A DNA stretch of 44,614 nucleotides from Nemertoderma westbladi (lineage: Eukaryota; Animalia; Xenacoelomorpha): positions 1-44,614 of the forward strand of contig JAUCBJ010002972.1 in NCBI GenBank assembly GCA_032718475.1, read 5' to 3'. The position numbers and the translations under genes were made by a program. Positions within the stretch are counted from its first letter, which is position 1, and each line of letters begins with the position of its first letter. The notes beneath the pieces were generated by a model, which was given only the letters and a program-made list of their open reading frames with translations, did not search any database and was not told the origin of the DNA. This document shows, in pieces, positions 1-10,857 of the stretch.

Positions 1-143
1 CAGGCAGCTAGATATAATACCTTTTAGCAGTGATTTTTTATGCCCGCTCATTTGACTTTTTTTGTCCGCAATTTTTTACGAATTTTTGCATAATACTTTT
101 ATTTTCCGCAGAATGACTTTTTATGTATGCATTTCTTCAATTA

Positions 144-302
144 AGGGAAAGTAGCAGGTTACATAGAAGGTATTTTCTAACTAAAACAATAAACGATAAC
201 ATTACCAATTGAGAGAAAGGAGTGTTACAGAGGCGGGCTTTTCTAACCAAAACAATAAACAGTTACAATACTAAATGAGGAAAAAGAGCAGGCAACAGAG
301 AG
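144..302. repeat. Degenerate ~66-bp tandem repeat, about 2.5 copies
   Basis: TTTTCTAAYYAAAACAATAAAC...ACAGAG recurs at ~173 and ~239; a partial third copy lies upstream. Confidence 0.6.
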
Positions 303-375
303 GCAGCATCAGGATTTAACTTAAAGAGCATAAATGTAATAAATAATTATTATTTGTAGGGTTTTTCGCAATTAC

Positions 376-575
376 GGGAGTCATCTCAGCCTAAGGGGAG
401 TTTTCTCAGCCTAAGGAGAGTGTTCTTTGAGTAGGCTGAGATAACTGGGGAGTGTTCTCAGCCTAGGCTGAGATAACTGGAGGTGTTCTCAGCCTAGGCT
501 GTTATAACTCGGGAGTGTTCTCAGCCTAGGCTGAGATGACTGAAATCATTTCAAGAGGGAATTATCTCAGCCTTG
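376..575. repeat. Cluster of palindromic ~31-bp repeats (TCTCAGCCTAGGCTGAGA), probably a DNA-transposon/MITE remnant
   Basis: Several full or half copies of the palindrome. AGTCATCTCAGCCTA (379-393) is the exact reverse complement of TAGGCTGAGATGACT (527-541). Confidence 0.7.
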
Positions 576-1175
576 TAGGCCTACACCGGACCCGGGAAAT
601 ATAATATATAATAAATGTAATATATAACAATATATTTAATTAAGTCCCAAAGGGACTGACCCTAACCAAAATGCCAATATAATGAATTCCTATACTACAC
701 AAACAGTACAGACATGTACTTTGTGCTCGCTTACCATGCAAGCAAAGCAAACGTCCGTTTCTTTAACAATTAAATTTCCTTCGGGACTCAGGACCTTTTC
801 GTTGCACCTCAACTGTATCCAACTATGTACAACAGCTGTTGCAAATACCAACAATTTCAACATTTTTACAGAAACGTTATTTGTAACCAAACAATATTTA
901 AAATCAAAATAATTTATTTAAACATGAGAAATATTCAAATATTCCTATTTTATATATTTCGAATATTCAAAATTCTTAAAAAATTTCGAAAATAAAAAAA
1001 ATTTGGAAATATATCCTATCTGAATCTTTCCCACAATTTCGCACAAGAATATTTTAGACCCTATACGCACTGAGAGCAATATGTTGTGTAATATTACACA
1101 ATTATCTTTCAGATTCAATATTAGATATAATTTTATTGCTGCAAGAAACCGACATCACGTCATCAACATGCAGAA

Positions 1176-1713
1176 ACTGTGCCGAAATCTCTCCGACAAT
1201 GTGCCGAAATCTCTCCGACACTGTGCCGAAATCTCTCCGACACTGTGCCGAAATCTCTCCGACACTGTGCCGAAATCTCTCCGACACTTTGCCAAAATCT
1301 CTCCGACACTGTGCCGAAATCTCTCCGACACTGTGCTGAAATCTCTCCGACACTGTGCCGAAATTTCTCCGACACTGTACCGAAATCTCTCCGACACTGT
1401 GCCAAAATCTCTCCGACAATGTGCCGAAATCTCTCCGACAATGTGCCGAAATCTCTCCGACACTGTGCCGAAATCTCTCCGACACTGTGCCGAATTCTCT
1501 CCGAAACTGTGCCAAAATCTCTCCGACACAGTGCCGAACTCTCTCCGACACTGTGCCGAAATCTCTCCGACACTGTGCCGAAATCTCTCCAACACTGTGC
1601 CGAAATCTCTCCGACACTATGCCCAAATCTCTCCGACACTGTGCCGAAATCTCTCCGACACTGTGCCGAAATCTCTCCGACACTACCGAAATCACTTCGA
1701 CAATGTGCCGACA
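1176..1713. repeat. 22-bp minisatellite (ACTGTGCCGAAATCTCTCCGAC), about 24 copies, with a degenerate tail to ~1797
   Basis: Head-to-tail repetition seen directly; it explains the overlapping repetitive ORFs at 1081-1774. Confidence 0.97.
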
Positions 1714-2410
1714 TTAGGTGACAACAATTCAACGGTGACATCACGCCGACATTGAGCCGACACAACGTCCACACTACGCCGACACCATTGCAGACACTAA
1801 ACGAGTAAATTTCTCACAAACGTTAACGAGGAAATCAGATCAGAAACTGTTTGTAAATGCTCCAAAAACCTATTCTTATATACATTTTTCATAAAGGCAA
1901 TCAAAGATGGCAATTATATAAACAATAAGTTCTTTGTTCTTTTTTTGTCTGTTCTTTGTAGCTACCATTGTAAATAAATTATTTTTAAATTACATTAGAT
2001 TAGATTACAAGTGTGTGATTATGACAATTGAGACTGGCGCCACCATTCTATATATCTGTTAGCGCTTTTAATAAAACATATGTTCTTTCAATCTCAATCT
2101 CGTATATTTTGACTCTTTTGCAACTATGCAGAAATTCCATGCAGGGCAGGTGGACCTTGAATCGCTGGTCTGATACAATGAGCGGAGTGGCGCTAGTGTA
2201 CCTTTAACAGAGGGCCGCCCATTGTATCGATTAATCCCCCTTTTGTTTCCTTCTCATGTATTGATTTGCTCTATAACTTATTTAGTTCGATACGGTATTT
2301 GATTATCTATTGTATTTAACTGAGATACGATACCGGGAGGGTGTGACAACACAGTATAACAAGCAAATGACTGACTAATTAATTATGTAAGGACTCAAGT
2401 CTAGCGTTTG

Positions 2411-3139
2411 TGTGATGAGCCCCGGACCCTACCCTGTAGCAGCACGAGTTTCATTGTATAACGCGGCCCCACCCAAACATTTAAGATAAACATATTCTGT
2501 TTCCACTAATAATATATACAGATATATTATCCTTGTTGAATAAAGCCGGTAAACTGAAACATAAAGGATAGAAACACATAAATCATTGTTGAGTAAATGC
2601 ATAAAACAGACATACTAATACTGTATATACTATAATTCTAATACTTAGTTTACTTACAAACTATCCTTTGAGACCGCTTATAGTAGCGTGTGAAGACGAC
2701 ATAAGTCCTTACTACGATTGTTTCCCATTATATTCCCATAACGATTAACTAAACAGACCCTATAATGGGCCTTGGTACCGGTAGGTATGTATAGGCTAAA
2801 TTGATTTCCGGTAGACCATAGTCCCTATCTCTACTACATATATGTAGGCCTATCTATAATCGGTCATCGCCTGGTCCCTAAATAAATTTCTTACTTTAAA
2901 TTAATAAAGTACCATTGAGCCACACGTCAATGGTTGAGTCTGTAGGCAGTAGGACTGACAAACCTAAGTATAGTTAGCAATATGGGCAGAACGGTACACC
3001 ACTCCAACCATCTGATGGTGACAAAGGTCAGAATGAGTGATCGTGGTATCGTAATACAGTCTGATCCCTTTGGGTACCGTGTGAAGACGACATATACAAC
3101 ATACATGAACCCCAAGCAGTATATGTTTCATTTATGAAA
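2411..3139 (-). repeat. 3' LTR of element A (lacks 39 bp present at the start of the 5' LTR)
   Basis: 729 bp matching 10090-10818 with 4 substitutions seen by eye. Confidence 0.92.
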
Positions 3140-3147
3140 GTGTCGGA

Positions 3148-6100
3148 TTAACTTTCAGTTTCAACATCACGGTACAGCAGTACCAACTCGTGAATAGGTC
3201 TATTGTAATAAGTTTTCCGAATTTTTTCTTTACCGATTAGTTTCGCAATGACAACATTCACATTACGAACTAAACCATCGTCTCCTTTCTTTATTGCCGT
3301 AATGCGACCAGTGGGCCATGTATTTCGCTTGCAGTTTTTATCTCTGACCAACACAACATCACCGACAGCGAAACAAGGCCTTGGGTTTACCCATTTTGAA
3401 CGCGAATTTAAGAACAATAAATGTCCTGGTCGCCATCGTGACCAGAATTCGTCGATTAGGTACTGGACACGGCGCCATCTCCGTTTACCATAAGCCAGTA
3501 AGTCTCCTTCTGAGAACTCACTGAGTGTTGGTTGACTTGGGTTTTCTTTGAGTGTGAGTAACATCATAGGACTTAGAGGTTGAGGGTCATCTGGGCTAGT
3601 TGAGACTTCCCAAAGTGGGGATGAATTCACAATAGATGCTGCTTCGCATAATAATGTGTGCAATTCGTCTAAATGTAACGACCTTAGCTGGAGTCTCCGC
3701 GATAACAATAGGCCATCTAATATTTTCCTGATTGACCCAATGCGCCGTTCCCAGTGCCCACCAAAGTGCGATGAATGGGGTGGGTTCATTTCCCAAACCA
3801 CCCCAACTGAATCCATTTCTTCTTTTATTTCTTTCAGATTGATATTAATATCTGGGTCAGCCTCCTGGTTGATACAACCTATAAAATTTGAACCCTGATC
3901 ACTTCGAATGCGAGAACATGCACCCCGTATGGATAGAAACCGTGTCAGAGCATTCTTGAATGTTGATGTGTCCATTCCAAGAAGAATTTCAATATGAACA
4001 GCCCCTGAGACTAGGCAAACGCAAATGAGACACCATACCTTTCTCCGTCCTGTGTTACGCCGTGTTGTTTGGCCAGTGGTTATCATCCAAGGTCCAAAAA
4101 CATCAAGTCCAGTTGCAGAAAACGGGGATATTTGGGTGACACGATCTGGTGGTAAGTTACTCATCTGCTGGCTACCCAGTTTTCCTCGCAGATAACGGCA
4201 AATGGTACAGTTCTTGATAACTTCCTTTACCATACGAGAACCACCTTCTACGTACCAACCACCCCCTCTAAGAGCTCCTTGGGTAAGATGACGACCTTGA
4301 TGCGCCACCTTCTGGTGGTGATATCGTATTATCAATATGGTAATAGGGCTGTCCTTTGGTAATATAACGGGGTGGCAATTATCATATGGTAAATCTGCAT
4401 TCTTTAAACGGCCACCAACCAATAAGAGGCCATTGTTTAAGAATGGCGAGAGGGTAGCCAATTTATTCGATTCTGCCAGTGGTTTATTGGCTTTAAGCTT
4501 CTGTAATTCCTCACTGTAATAACACTTTTGAACATCTTTAACCAAGACTATAATTGCCTCTTTTTTACTGGCTTCGAACAAAGATTGCTGTCTTTTACCT
4601 ACAAACTTATTGCAGGCTTCTAGAACTTTAACAACAATCTGAACTACTCTAGTCCACTTTGAAACACGACTGGTAATATTGGTGAACAACCCTGTGTCCA
4701 TGCTATGAAGTCCTTTTAAAACTTTACCAGTATCACCTATTGGTTTTATTTCGGGTAGCTCATCAACTGGTATTGCTTCGTAACTTTGAGCAAATTTATG
4801 AGCCATTGGAGCCGATAAGGTAGCAGGTCCACTGAGCCAATTGGAATTTAACAAGCTTGTCGGTTCTATGGGACGAGTGGCTTTATCTGCTGGATTGTCA
4901 ACTGTTGAAATGTACCCCCACTGTTCTGGGTTACTAAGACTTCTTATAATATTCACTCTTCTGGTAACATACTTAGAGAATCTCCTATAATCATTGTTAA
5001 TATATCCCAGAACTACTCGACTGTCTGAGTAATAGTGAAGTATCTTAGGTTTATTTTTCAATGATTTATAAACTGAAGTAACAGCCATGACTAACTCAAC
5101 TGCTGCACATAATTCTAGGCGTGGTACAGATGATGCTCCATAGGGTGCTACCTTCGAATTGCCATTAACAAATACAACTGATATATCTTCTTTTTCATTC
5201 ACTGATCTCATGTATATGACGTGACCTATAGCAAGTTCTGAGGCATCGGCATAAGAGTGTAAAGTTTGTTCTATTATAAGTCCAAAGTTTCTGGGAATAA
5301 ATCCCCTGGGTATGGATAACTCTGACAGGTCTTTAAGTGTATTTTTCCATTTATTCCACTCTGGAAAGTATTGTTGTGGGAGGGGTGAGTCCCAATCACA
5401 AGCTTCAAGTTCTGGAGTAGAATTCTCTTTCTTAGGAATTACTGTTCTCTGTATTAATCGACCTGTTAGCACCACAGGACTTACAAATCCAATCGGATCA
5501 TATACAGAATTTATTACTGATAATATACCTCTCTTAGTAAAAGGCCTGTCTTCTATCTCAATATTGATAGTAAATGAATCTAAATTAATATTCCATACTA
5601 CTCCTAACGTCCGTGGCAGGACTCCACTTGCATCATTGAATTCATGATGGACATTGTCTGGAGCTATTTCCGAAGAGGGAAATGCATTCAATACGTCTAA
5701 GTCACTAGAGCAAATTTTGTGTAATCGGATATTAAACTTTGCTAACACTTTAATAGCACCTTTGAGTATAATTATAGCCTGATTCGTTGAATTTGCGGTT
5801 CCCAAACCATCGTCAACATAAAAGTTGTCATTTATATATTCACTTACACAATCTATGGGACTTGTTTTCTCATTGTCTGATTTACATTTATTCACTTTAG
5901 AGAGTGGATTGTCTCCATGGTATGATAACTCAATAGTTTTCCGTAATCCAATTGTAGCGATAGGTGGGCTTGGAGAATTTCCAAAAATATGAACTGTACT
6001 TCTATATGCTACAATAGGCTTTGTTGGGTCATTATTTGCAAACCAGAAAAATCTGAGAAAGTCCCTGTCACGGGGTGGAACTTTAAAGCAGTGAAACATT

Positions 6101-8664
6101 GACTCAATGTCTGCCATGAACCCTATTTCACCTTCACGGAATCTATTTAATACTTCTCTTAATTGGTTGTTTTCATCAGGACCTTTCAATAAAGCATTGT
6201 TAAGACTAGTTCCATAATAAGATGCCGAACTGTCAAACACAACTCTAACCTTGTCATTTTTTGGTTGAGTTACAGTGAAAATGGGAATATACCAAACCTT
6301 ACCTGGGATTCCATTTAATTCTTCCAGAGGCACTCTTTCAAATTTTCCAAATTCTATACATTTTCCCATCGACTTGAGGCACTGATTTAATTTATGTTCA
6401 TCCTTTTTTAATTTCAACAATGTATTGTTTGTCCTGCGATAAACGGGAACATAATTATTTGGCAAACAAGGGTCCTCAGATTTAAAAGGTAGTGGAATCT
6501 GGATATTTCCCTCATCATTTATTTCAATGTTTGGCAGAATTCTGTTCTCAAACAGCAAGTCATATGCAGATTTGCTTTCTTCTTCATCATCTTGTAGGCT
6601 TGCAAATACATTACGTTGTATTTCTGAAACACCATTGTCAATTCTCATTGGTAAAGGAGTTGGACTAATGCTAGAGAAGGTGAGAGAGGATGAGAGATGA
6701 TCTGTAGAACAGGTTAGAAGACTCTTGTGTTTTGTTCCAGTCCTTTTATGTCGCTCAGAGCAAGTCTCTCCAACCAGTGCCCACCCAAGAGGGGTTTCAT
6801 GAACAATGGGACCTTGTGTGTTGGTATTGTGGGTCTTTGTCCGCATTAATGTTGGACAATCCCTACCAATCAATAGGAGTGTTTCAGCAGCATAGTCTAT
6901 CCTTGTGAACTTATTAGCAAATTTAGAAATATTTGGTAACATCTCAACTACTGCAGGAGAAGCAACCTCATCTTTTGTGTCTGGTATCCAGACATTCCCA
7001 AATAGAGGAGGAAGTTGATAGATTTCGCTTTCATTAATACCTTTTATTGTAAGGCCTTCAATTATCATACCTTTCATTATCGAATTATGATGACTTAAAG
7101 TTGTCATTGTGTAATCGTGTAATGGACCCTCAATATTCAAATATTCAAATACTTTAGGATCTGCATAAGATGAATGACTTTGTTCATCAACAATAGCGTA
7201 AGTTCGTATAAATTTACTAGAAACATTTGGAGCTTGAACTTCTACTAGAAATGTTTTCCCACAGCTTTTTGACCCGATTCCACAAATCGCAGTACAAAGA
7301 TTATGCTGTGCCTGGTTTGAAGCCTTGTAACCATGTCCAATAGGATCTGAGTCTTTAACTGTTGAGTTATGCTTTGACATTAACTCGTCAGAACCTTTCA
7401 CTGGTTTAATAGGCCGGTGCATAATTGATATATGATTTGTTTTCTTACATACTGAACAATATAATTTTTTCCTGCATTGTGAAGCGTAGTGTCCTCCAAG
7501 ACACTTAAAACATAGCTTATTGCTTCTAGCAAACTCCTTCTTATCATTGTAGCTCAATTCAATGAATTGATGACAATCAATCAAACTGTGACCTTTCTTC
7601 CCATGATACATGCATGAAACTGTTGATTCACTTTCGGTTTTAAAAACCTTCATGTTATTATATTGTTTGTTGTGTTTAGACGTATTCTTTGAGTTATTAG
7701 TCTTTGGTTCAATACTGCAATGATAGCTATCTTTCCTTTCTGAGTCAATGGTTTTGAAGTGTGGACTGCTGCAGTTATATCTAGCTATTTTTGTGATAAA
7801 TTCACAAAAGAATTCAAAAGGTGGATGTACCCCATATTTTTCCTCATAACCACCACCCTTATCAATCCATTTGTGATCTGCCCATTCAGGTAACTTATCA
7901 CGCACACTCCTGAGACCTGTAGAATAATTTAAATCTCCAAGTTCAGAAACATTCTGAATATTAATTTGTATTATGTTGCAGAGGTCTGCTAGATCCTGAA
8001 GTCGAGTTGGTGAGTCCTCTTTTCTAATTGGTTTGAAGCTCAATATCGTTTTTCTAAGACCTTCAGCCAGGCATGGTCCTGAACCAAACCGAACATGTAG
8101 TTCTTCCCATATTCTTCTTAAGGTTAAACTTGGATCTGAACCACTAGCATCCATATAGTTGTTCACAAGTTCAAGGGGTCTCCCACTAACATTAGCTTTG
8201 AGGACTTCAATTTGATCAAGGGGTGACAACTCAATACCTTTCATTTTGTTTTCTAACATTATAAACCAAGACCTGAACCGGTGAGGTTCTCCTTTGAATG
8301 GTTTAGTTGATTTCTGCAATAGCTCTTTCTTTAGTAAGTAATTAGTTGATGTCATATCATTTGATTGGGATAAGCTATAATTATTTGGATGACTATAATT
8401 ATAGTTAGATGAATACAACGGTTGAGCTCTGTTGTGGGGCATAGCATAACTGCCGCTTACTGCAGACTGATTATTTGTTTGAGATTGGGTTGATACCAGG
8501 GGGTCTACTAAATAGCTACCTAGCATTGGGTCTGTTGCAGCTGCTCCATATATACCCCGATTGCTCCCCACTGTAGTTATTACACTGTGTGTGGTAGTTG
8601 GGTTTATAACAGACTGCAGTGTAAAACTTACAACAGGTGGTGAACTAATCGGAAATTGTTGCAT
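3148..8664 (-). CDS. BEL/Pao Gag-Pol polyprotein of element A (main part, 1838 aa)
   Basis: Three Gag Cys/His knuckles (CMYH..HSLIDC, CFKC..H..C, CSVC..H..H); protease AIVDEQS; RT RVVFD / ADIESMF / FGNSPSP / FYVDD; RNase H YADAS and PRLELCAA; integrase HH-CC, GLDVFGP, SDQGSNF, GHWERRI. Domain order and motifs are those of BEL/Pao. Confidence 0.96.
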   Translation of the reverse strand: MQQFPISSPPVVSFTLQSVINPTTTHSVITTVGSNRGIYGAAATDPMLGSYLVDPLVSTQSQTNNQSAVSGSYAMPHNRAQPLYSSNYNYSHPNNYSLSQSNDMTSTNYLLKKELLQKSTKPFKGEPHRFRSWFIMLENKMKGIELSPLDQIEVLKANVSGRPLELVNNYMDASGSDPSLTLRRIWEELHVRFGSGPCLAEGLRKTILSFKPIRKEDSPTRLQDLADLCNIIQINIQNVSELGDLNYSTGLRSVRDKLPEWADHKWIDKGGGYEEKYGVHPPFEFFCEFITKIARYNCSSPHFKTIDSERKDSYHCSIEPKTNNSKNTSKHNKQYNNMKVFKTESESTVSCMYHGKKGHSLIDCHQFIELSYNDKKEFARSNKLCFKCLGGHYASQCRKKLYCSVCKKTNHISIMHRPIKPVKGSDELMSKHNSTVKDSDPIGHGYKASNQAQHNLCTAICGIGSKSCGKTFLVEVQAPNVSSKFIRTYAIVDEQSHSSYADPKVFEYLNIEGPLHDYTMTTLSHHNSIMKGMIIEGLTIKGINESEIYQLPPLFGNVWIPDTKDEVASPAVVEMLPNISKFANKFTRIDYAAETLLLIGRDCPTLMRTKTHNTNTQGPIVHETPLGWALVGETCSERHKRTGTKHKSLLTCSTDHLSSSLTFSSISPTPLPMRIDNGVSEIQRNVFASLQDDEEESKSAYDLLFENRILPNIEINDEGNIQIPLPFKSEDPCLPNNYVPVYRRTNNTLLKLKKDEHKLNQCLKSMGKCIEFGKFERVPLEELNGIPGKVWYIPIFTVTQPKNDKVRVVFDSSASYYGTSLNNALLKGPDENNQLREVLNRFREGEIGFMADIESMFHCFKVPPRDRDFLRFFWFANNDPTKPIVAYRSTVHIFGNSPSPPIATIGLRKTIELSYHGDNPLSKVNKCKSDNEKTSPIDCVSEYINDNFYVDDGLGTANSTNQAIIILKGAIKVLAKFNIRLHKICSSDLDVLNAFPSSEIAPDNVHHEFNDASGVLPRTLGVVWNINLDSFTINIEIEDRPFTKRGILSVINSVYDPIGFVSPVVLTGRLIQRTVIPKKENSTPELEACDWDSPLPQQYFPEWNKWKNTLKDLSELSIPRGFIPRNFGLIIEQTLHSYADASELAIGHVIYMRSVNEKEDISVVFVNGNSKVAPYGASSVPRLELCAAVELVMAVTSVYKSLKNKPKILHYYSDSRVVLGYINNDYRRFSKYVTRRVNIIRSLSNPEQWGYISTVDNPADKATRPIEPTSLLNSNWLSGPATLSAPMAHKFAQSYEAIPVDELPEIKPIGDTGKVLKGLHSMDTGLFTNITSRVSKWTRVVQIVVKVLEACNKFVGKRQQSLFEASKKEAIIVLVKDVQKCYYSEELQKLKANKPLAESNKLATLSPFLNNGLLLVGGRLKNADLPYDNCHPVILPKDSPITILIIRYHHQKVAHQGRHLTQGALRGGGWYVEGGSRMVKEVIKNCTICRYLRGKLGSQQMSNLPPDRVTQISPFSATGLDVFGPWMITTGQTTRRNTGRRKVWCLICVCLVSGAVHIEILLGMDTSTFKNALTRFLSIRGACSRIRSDQGSNFIGCINQEADPDININLKEIKEEMDSVGVVWEMNPPHSSHFGGHWERRIGSIRKILDGLLLSRRLQLRSLHLDELHTLLCEAASIVNSSPLWEVSTSPDDPQPLSPMMLLTLKENPSQPTLSEFSEGDLLAYGKRRWRRVQYLIDEFWSRWRPGHLLFLNSRSKWVNPRPCFAVGDVVLVRDKNCKRNTWPTGRITAIKKGDDGLVRNVNVVIAKLIGKEKIRKTYYNRPIHELVLLYRDVETES

Positions 8665-8706
8665 GAAATGGTAGCTAGGGCTACTGTCTGAAACATAGAC
8701 CCCTGG

Positions 8707-9327
8707 TTACCCATTTGTATTTATTTGTTCGTTCTGTATTGAGTCGACATTAATGGATCTCAATTCCTTATCAACAATTATACTGTTGGATTCAACATAG
8801 TCTCTCACTTTAGACATAGTATCAACAACATGTAGGGAGTCTAGTTTATTTGTTATACATGTTTCTTTATCTGGATACCATTCAAGGAATGAAACTCCTT
8901 CGATTTGCTGCTCATTTTCGACTACCCTTTCACTCTGTTCAGTTTGTGAATGAAGGTCGAATGTGATACTTGAATTGGCACCTAAATCTTTTCTGTGCTG
9001 GGATAACTCTTTCATTATCTCAAGATAAACTGCACATTGAGTTTGATAATCCTCAGTAAATTGAGATTTTTCTTGCATTGCACCATCATTGCTTAAGCGT
9101 GCTATTAAATCACAGAAGGATTTACTGAATGCCCGTTTTTTAATTTTCAGATCACTGATATGATTATTTACCTCATCTAATGTGCACAATAATGATAGTT
9201 GGATGTTCAACAAATTTTCCAATGTAGATTTTGTTGCATCATAATTATCAATAAGAACTAACCTTGGCAGAAATGCTTTTCTTTGTGGTCTTAATGCTCC
9301 TGTTGGAGTATTACCTTTTTCAGCCAT
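8707..9327 (-). CDS. N-terminal Gag segment of element A, in frame with 3148-8664 and separated from it by one TAA
   Basis: Same frame; the 14 codons between the stop and 8664 are open (PGVYVSDSSPSYHF). Likely start is MAEKG at 9327; the upstream ATG at 9498 lies inside the tandem array. Confidence 0.75.
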   Translation of the reverse strand: MAEKGNTPTGALRPQRKAFLPRLVLIDNYDATKSTLENLLNIQLSLLCTLDEVNNHISDLKIKKRAFSKSFCDLIARLSNDGAMQEKSQFTEDYQTQCAVYLEIMKELSQHRKDLGANSSITFDLHSQTEQSERVVENEQQIEGVSFLEWYPDKETCITNKLDSLHVVDTMSKVRDYVESNSIIVDKELRSINVDSIQNEQINTNG

Positions 9328-9371
9328 TATAGAGTTATTTGTTCTTCTTAATCGAACCAAATATAAACAGA

Positions 9372-9991
9372 ACCTCGAACTGAATATTATATATCGGTAT
9401 TTCGAGAACACGTTGGGGGAGTTACCTCGAACCGAATATGACGCCGAAATTTCGAGAACCCGTTGGGGGGGATTACCTCGAACCGAATATGACGCCAAAA
9501 TTTCGAGAACCCGTTGGGGGGATTACCTCGAACCGAATATGGCGCAGAAATTTCGAGAACCCGTTGGAGGGATTACCTCGAACCGAATATGACGCCTGAA
9601 TTTCGAGAACCCGTTGGAGGGATTACCTCGAACCGAATATGACGCCGGAATTTCGAGAACCCGTTGGAGGGATTACCTCGAACCGAATTTGACGCCGAAA
9701 TTTCGAGAACCCATTGGGGGGAATTACCTCGAACCGAATAGATGCCGAAAATTTCGAGAACCCGTTGGGGGGGATTACCTCGAACCGAATATGACGCCGA
9801 AATTTCGAGAACCCATTGGGGGGGATTACCTCGGACCGAATATGACGCCAAAATTTCGAGAACCCGTTGGGGGGATTACCTCGAACCGAATATGATGCCG
9901 AAATTTCGAGAACCCGTTGGGGGGATTACCTCGAACCGAATATGACGCCGGAATTTCGAGAACCCGTTGGGGGGATTACCTCGAACCGAAT
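9372..9991. repeat. 50-51-bp tandem array (~12 copies) in the 5' leader of element A
   Basis: Unit ACCTCGAACCGAATATGACGCCGAAATTTCGAGAACCCGTTGGGGGGATT repeated head to tail, with variable G-run length. Confidence 0.96.
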
Positions 9992-10089
9992 GCTTTGCAT
10001 CTTTGTTGGTGAAATTACTGGTAGTAGACGCTGAAGGGACTATATAGTGAGTAGTTATCTACTGCTCTTGCAGTAGGATAGTTTTTTAC

Positions 10090-10857
10090 TGTGATGAGCC
10101 CCGGACCCTACCCTGTAGCAGCACGAGTTTCATTGTATAACGCAGCCCCACCCAAACATTTAAGATAAACATATTCTGTTTCCACTAATAATATATACAG
10201 ATATATTATCCTTGTTGAATAAAGCCGGTAAACTGAAACATAAAGGATAGAAACACATAAATCATTGTTGAGTAAATGCATAAAACAGACATACTAATAC
10301 TGTATATACTATAATTCTAATACTTAGTTTACTTACAAACTATCCTTTGAGACCGCTTATAGTAGCGTGTGAAGACGACATAAGTCCTTACTACGATTGT
10401 TTCCCATTATATTCCCATAACGATTAACTAAACAGACCCTATAATGGGCCTTGGTACCGGTAGGTATGTATAGGCTAAATTGATTTCCGGTAGACCATAG
10501 TCCCTATCTCTACTACATATATGTAGGCCTATCTATAATCGGTCATCGCCTGGTCCCTAAATGAATTTCTTACTTTAAATTAATAAAGTACCATTGATCC
10601 ACACGTCAATGGTTGAGTCTGTAGGCAGTAGGACTGACAAACCTAAGTATAGTTAGCAATATGGGCAGAACGGTACACCACTCCAACCATCTGATGGTGA
10701 CAAAGGTCAGAATGAGTGATCGTGGTATCGTAATACAGTCTGATCCCTTTGGGTACCGTGTGAAGACGACATATACAACATACACGAACCCCAAGCAGTA
10801 TATGTTTCATTTATGAAATAACGTACTGTATATGAGGGGCTCTATATTTCCAAAACA
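10090..10857 (-). repeat. 5' LTR of element A
   Basis: Matches 2411-3139 up to 10818, then extends to ...AAAACA at 10857, which is followed by the TSD GTTTG. Confidence 0.88.

Larger units (their letters stand above)
2411..10857 (-). mobile_element. BEL/Pao LTR retrotransposon A, full length and recently inserted
   Basis: Direct repeats 2411-3139 and 10090-10818; TG...CA termini at 2411 and 10857; 5-bp flanking duplication GTTTG (2406-2410, 10858-10862); Gag-PR-RT-RH-IN polyprotein inside. Confidence 0.93.

Noticed and set aside
690-890. 66-aa ORF with CFAC...CTVC, faintly like a transposase C-terminal Cys-rich domain
   Set aside because: Too short, with no other transposase motif nearby.
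1081-1774. Seven overlapping Cys/Arg-rich ORFs on both strands
   Set aside because: They are translations of a stop-free 22-bp minisatellite.
2927-3115. 62-aa hydrophobic ORF duplicated at 10606-10794
   Set aside because: It lies within the LTRs, so the duplication simply reflects LTR identity.
9573-9945. Short ORFs in the 50-bp array, and the array as a CRISPR-like locus
   Set aside because: Repeat-derived frames broken by G-run length changes; no spacers.
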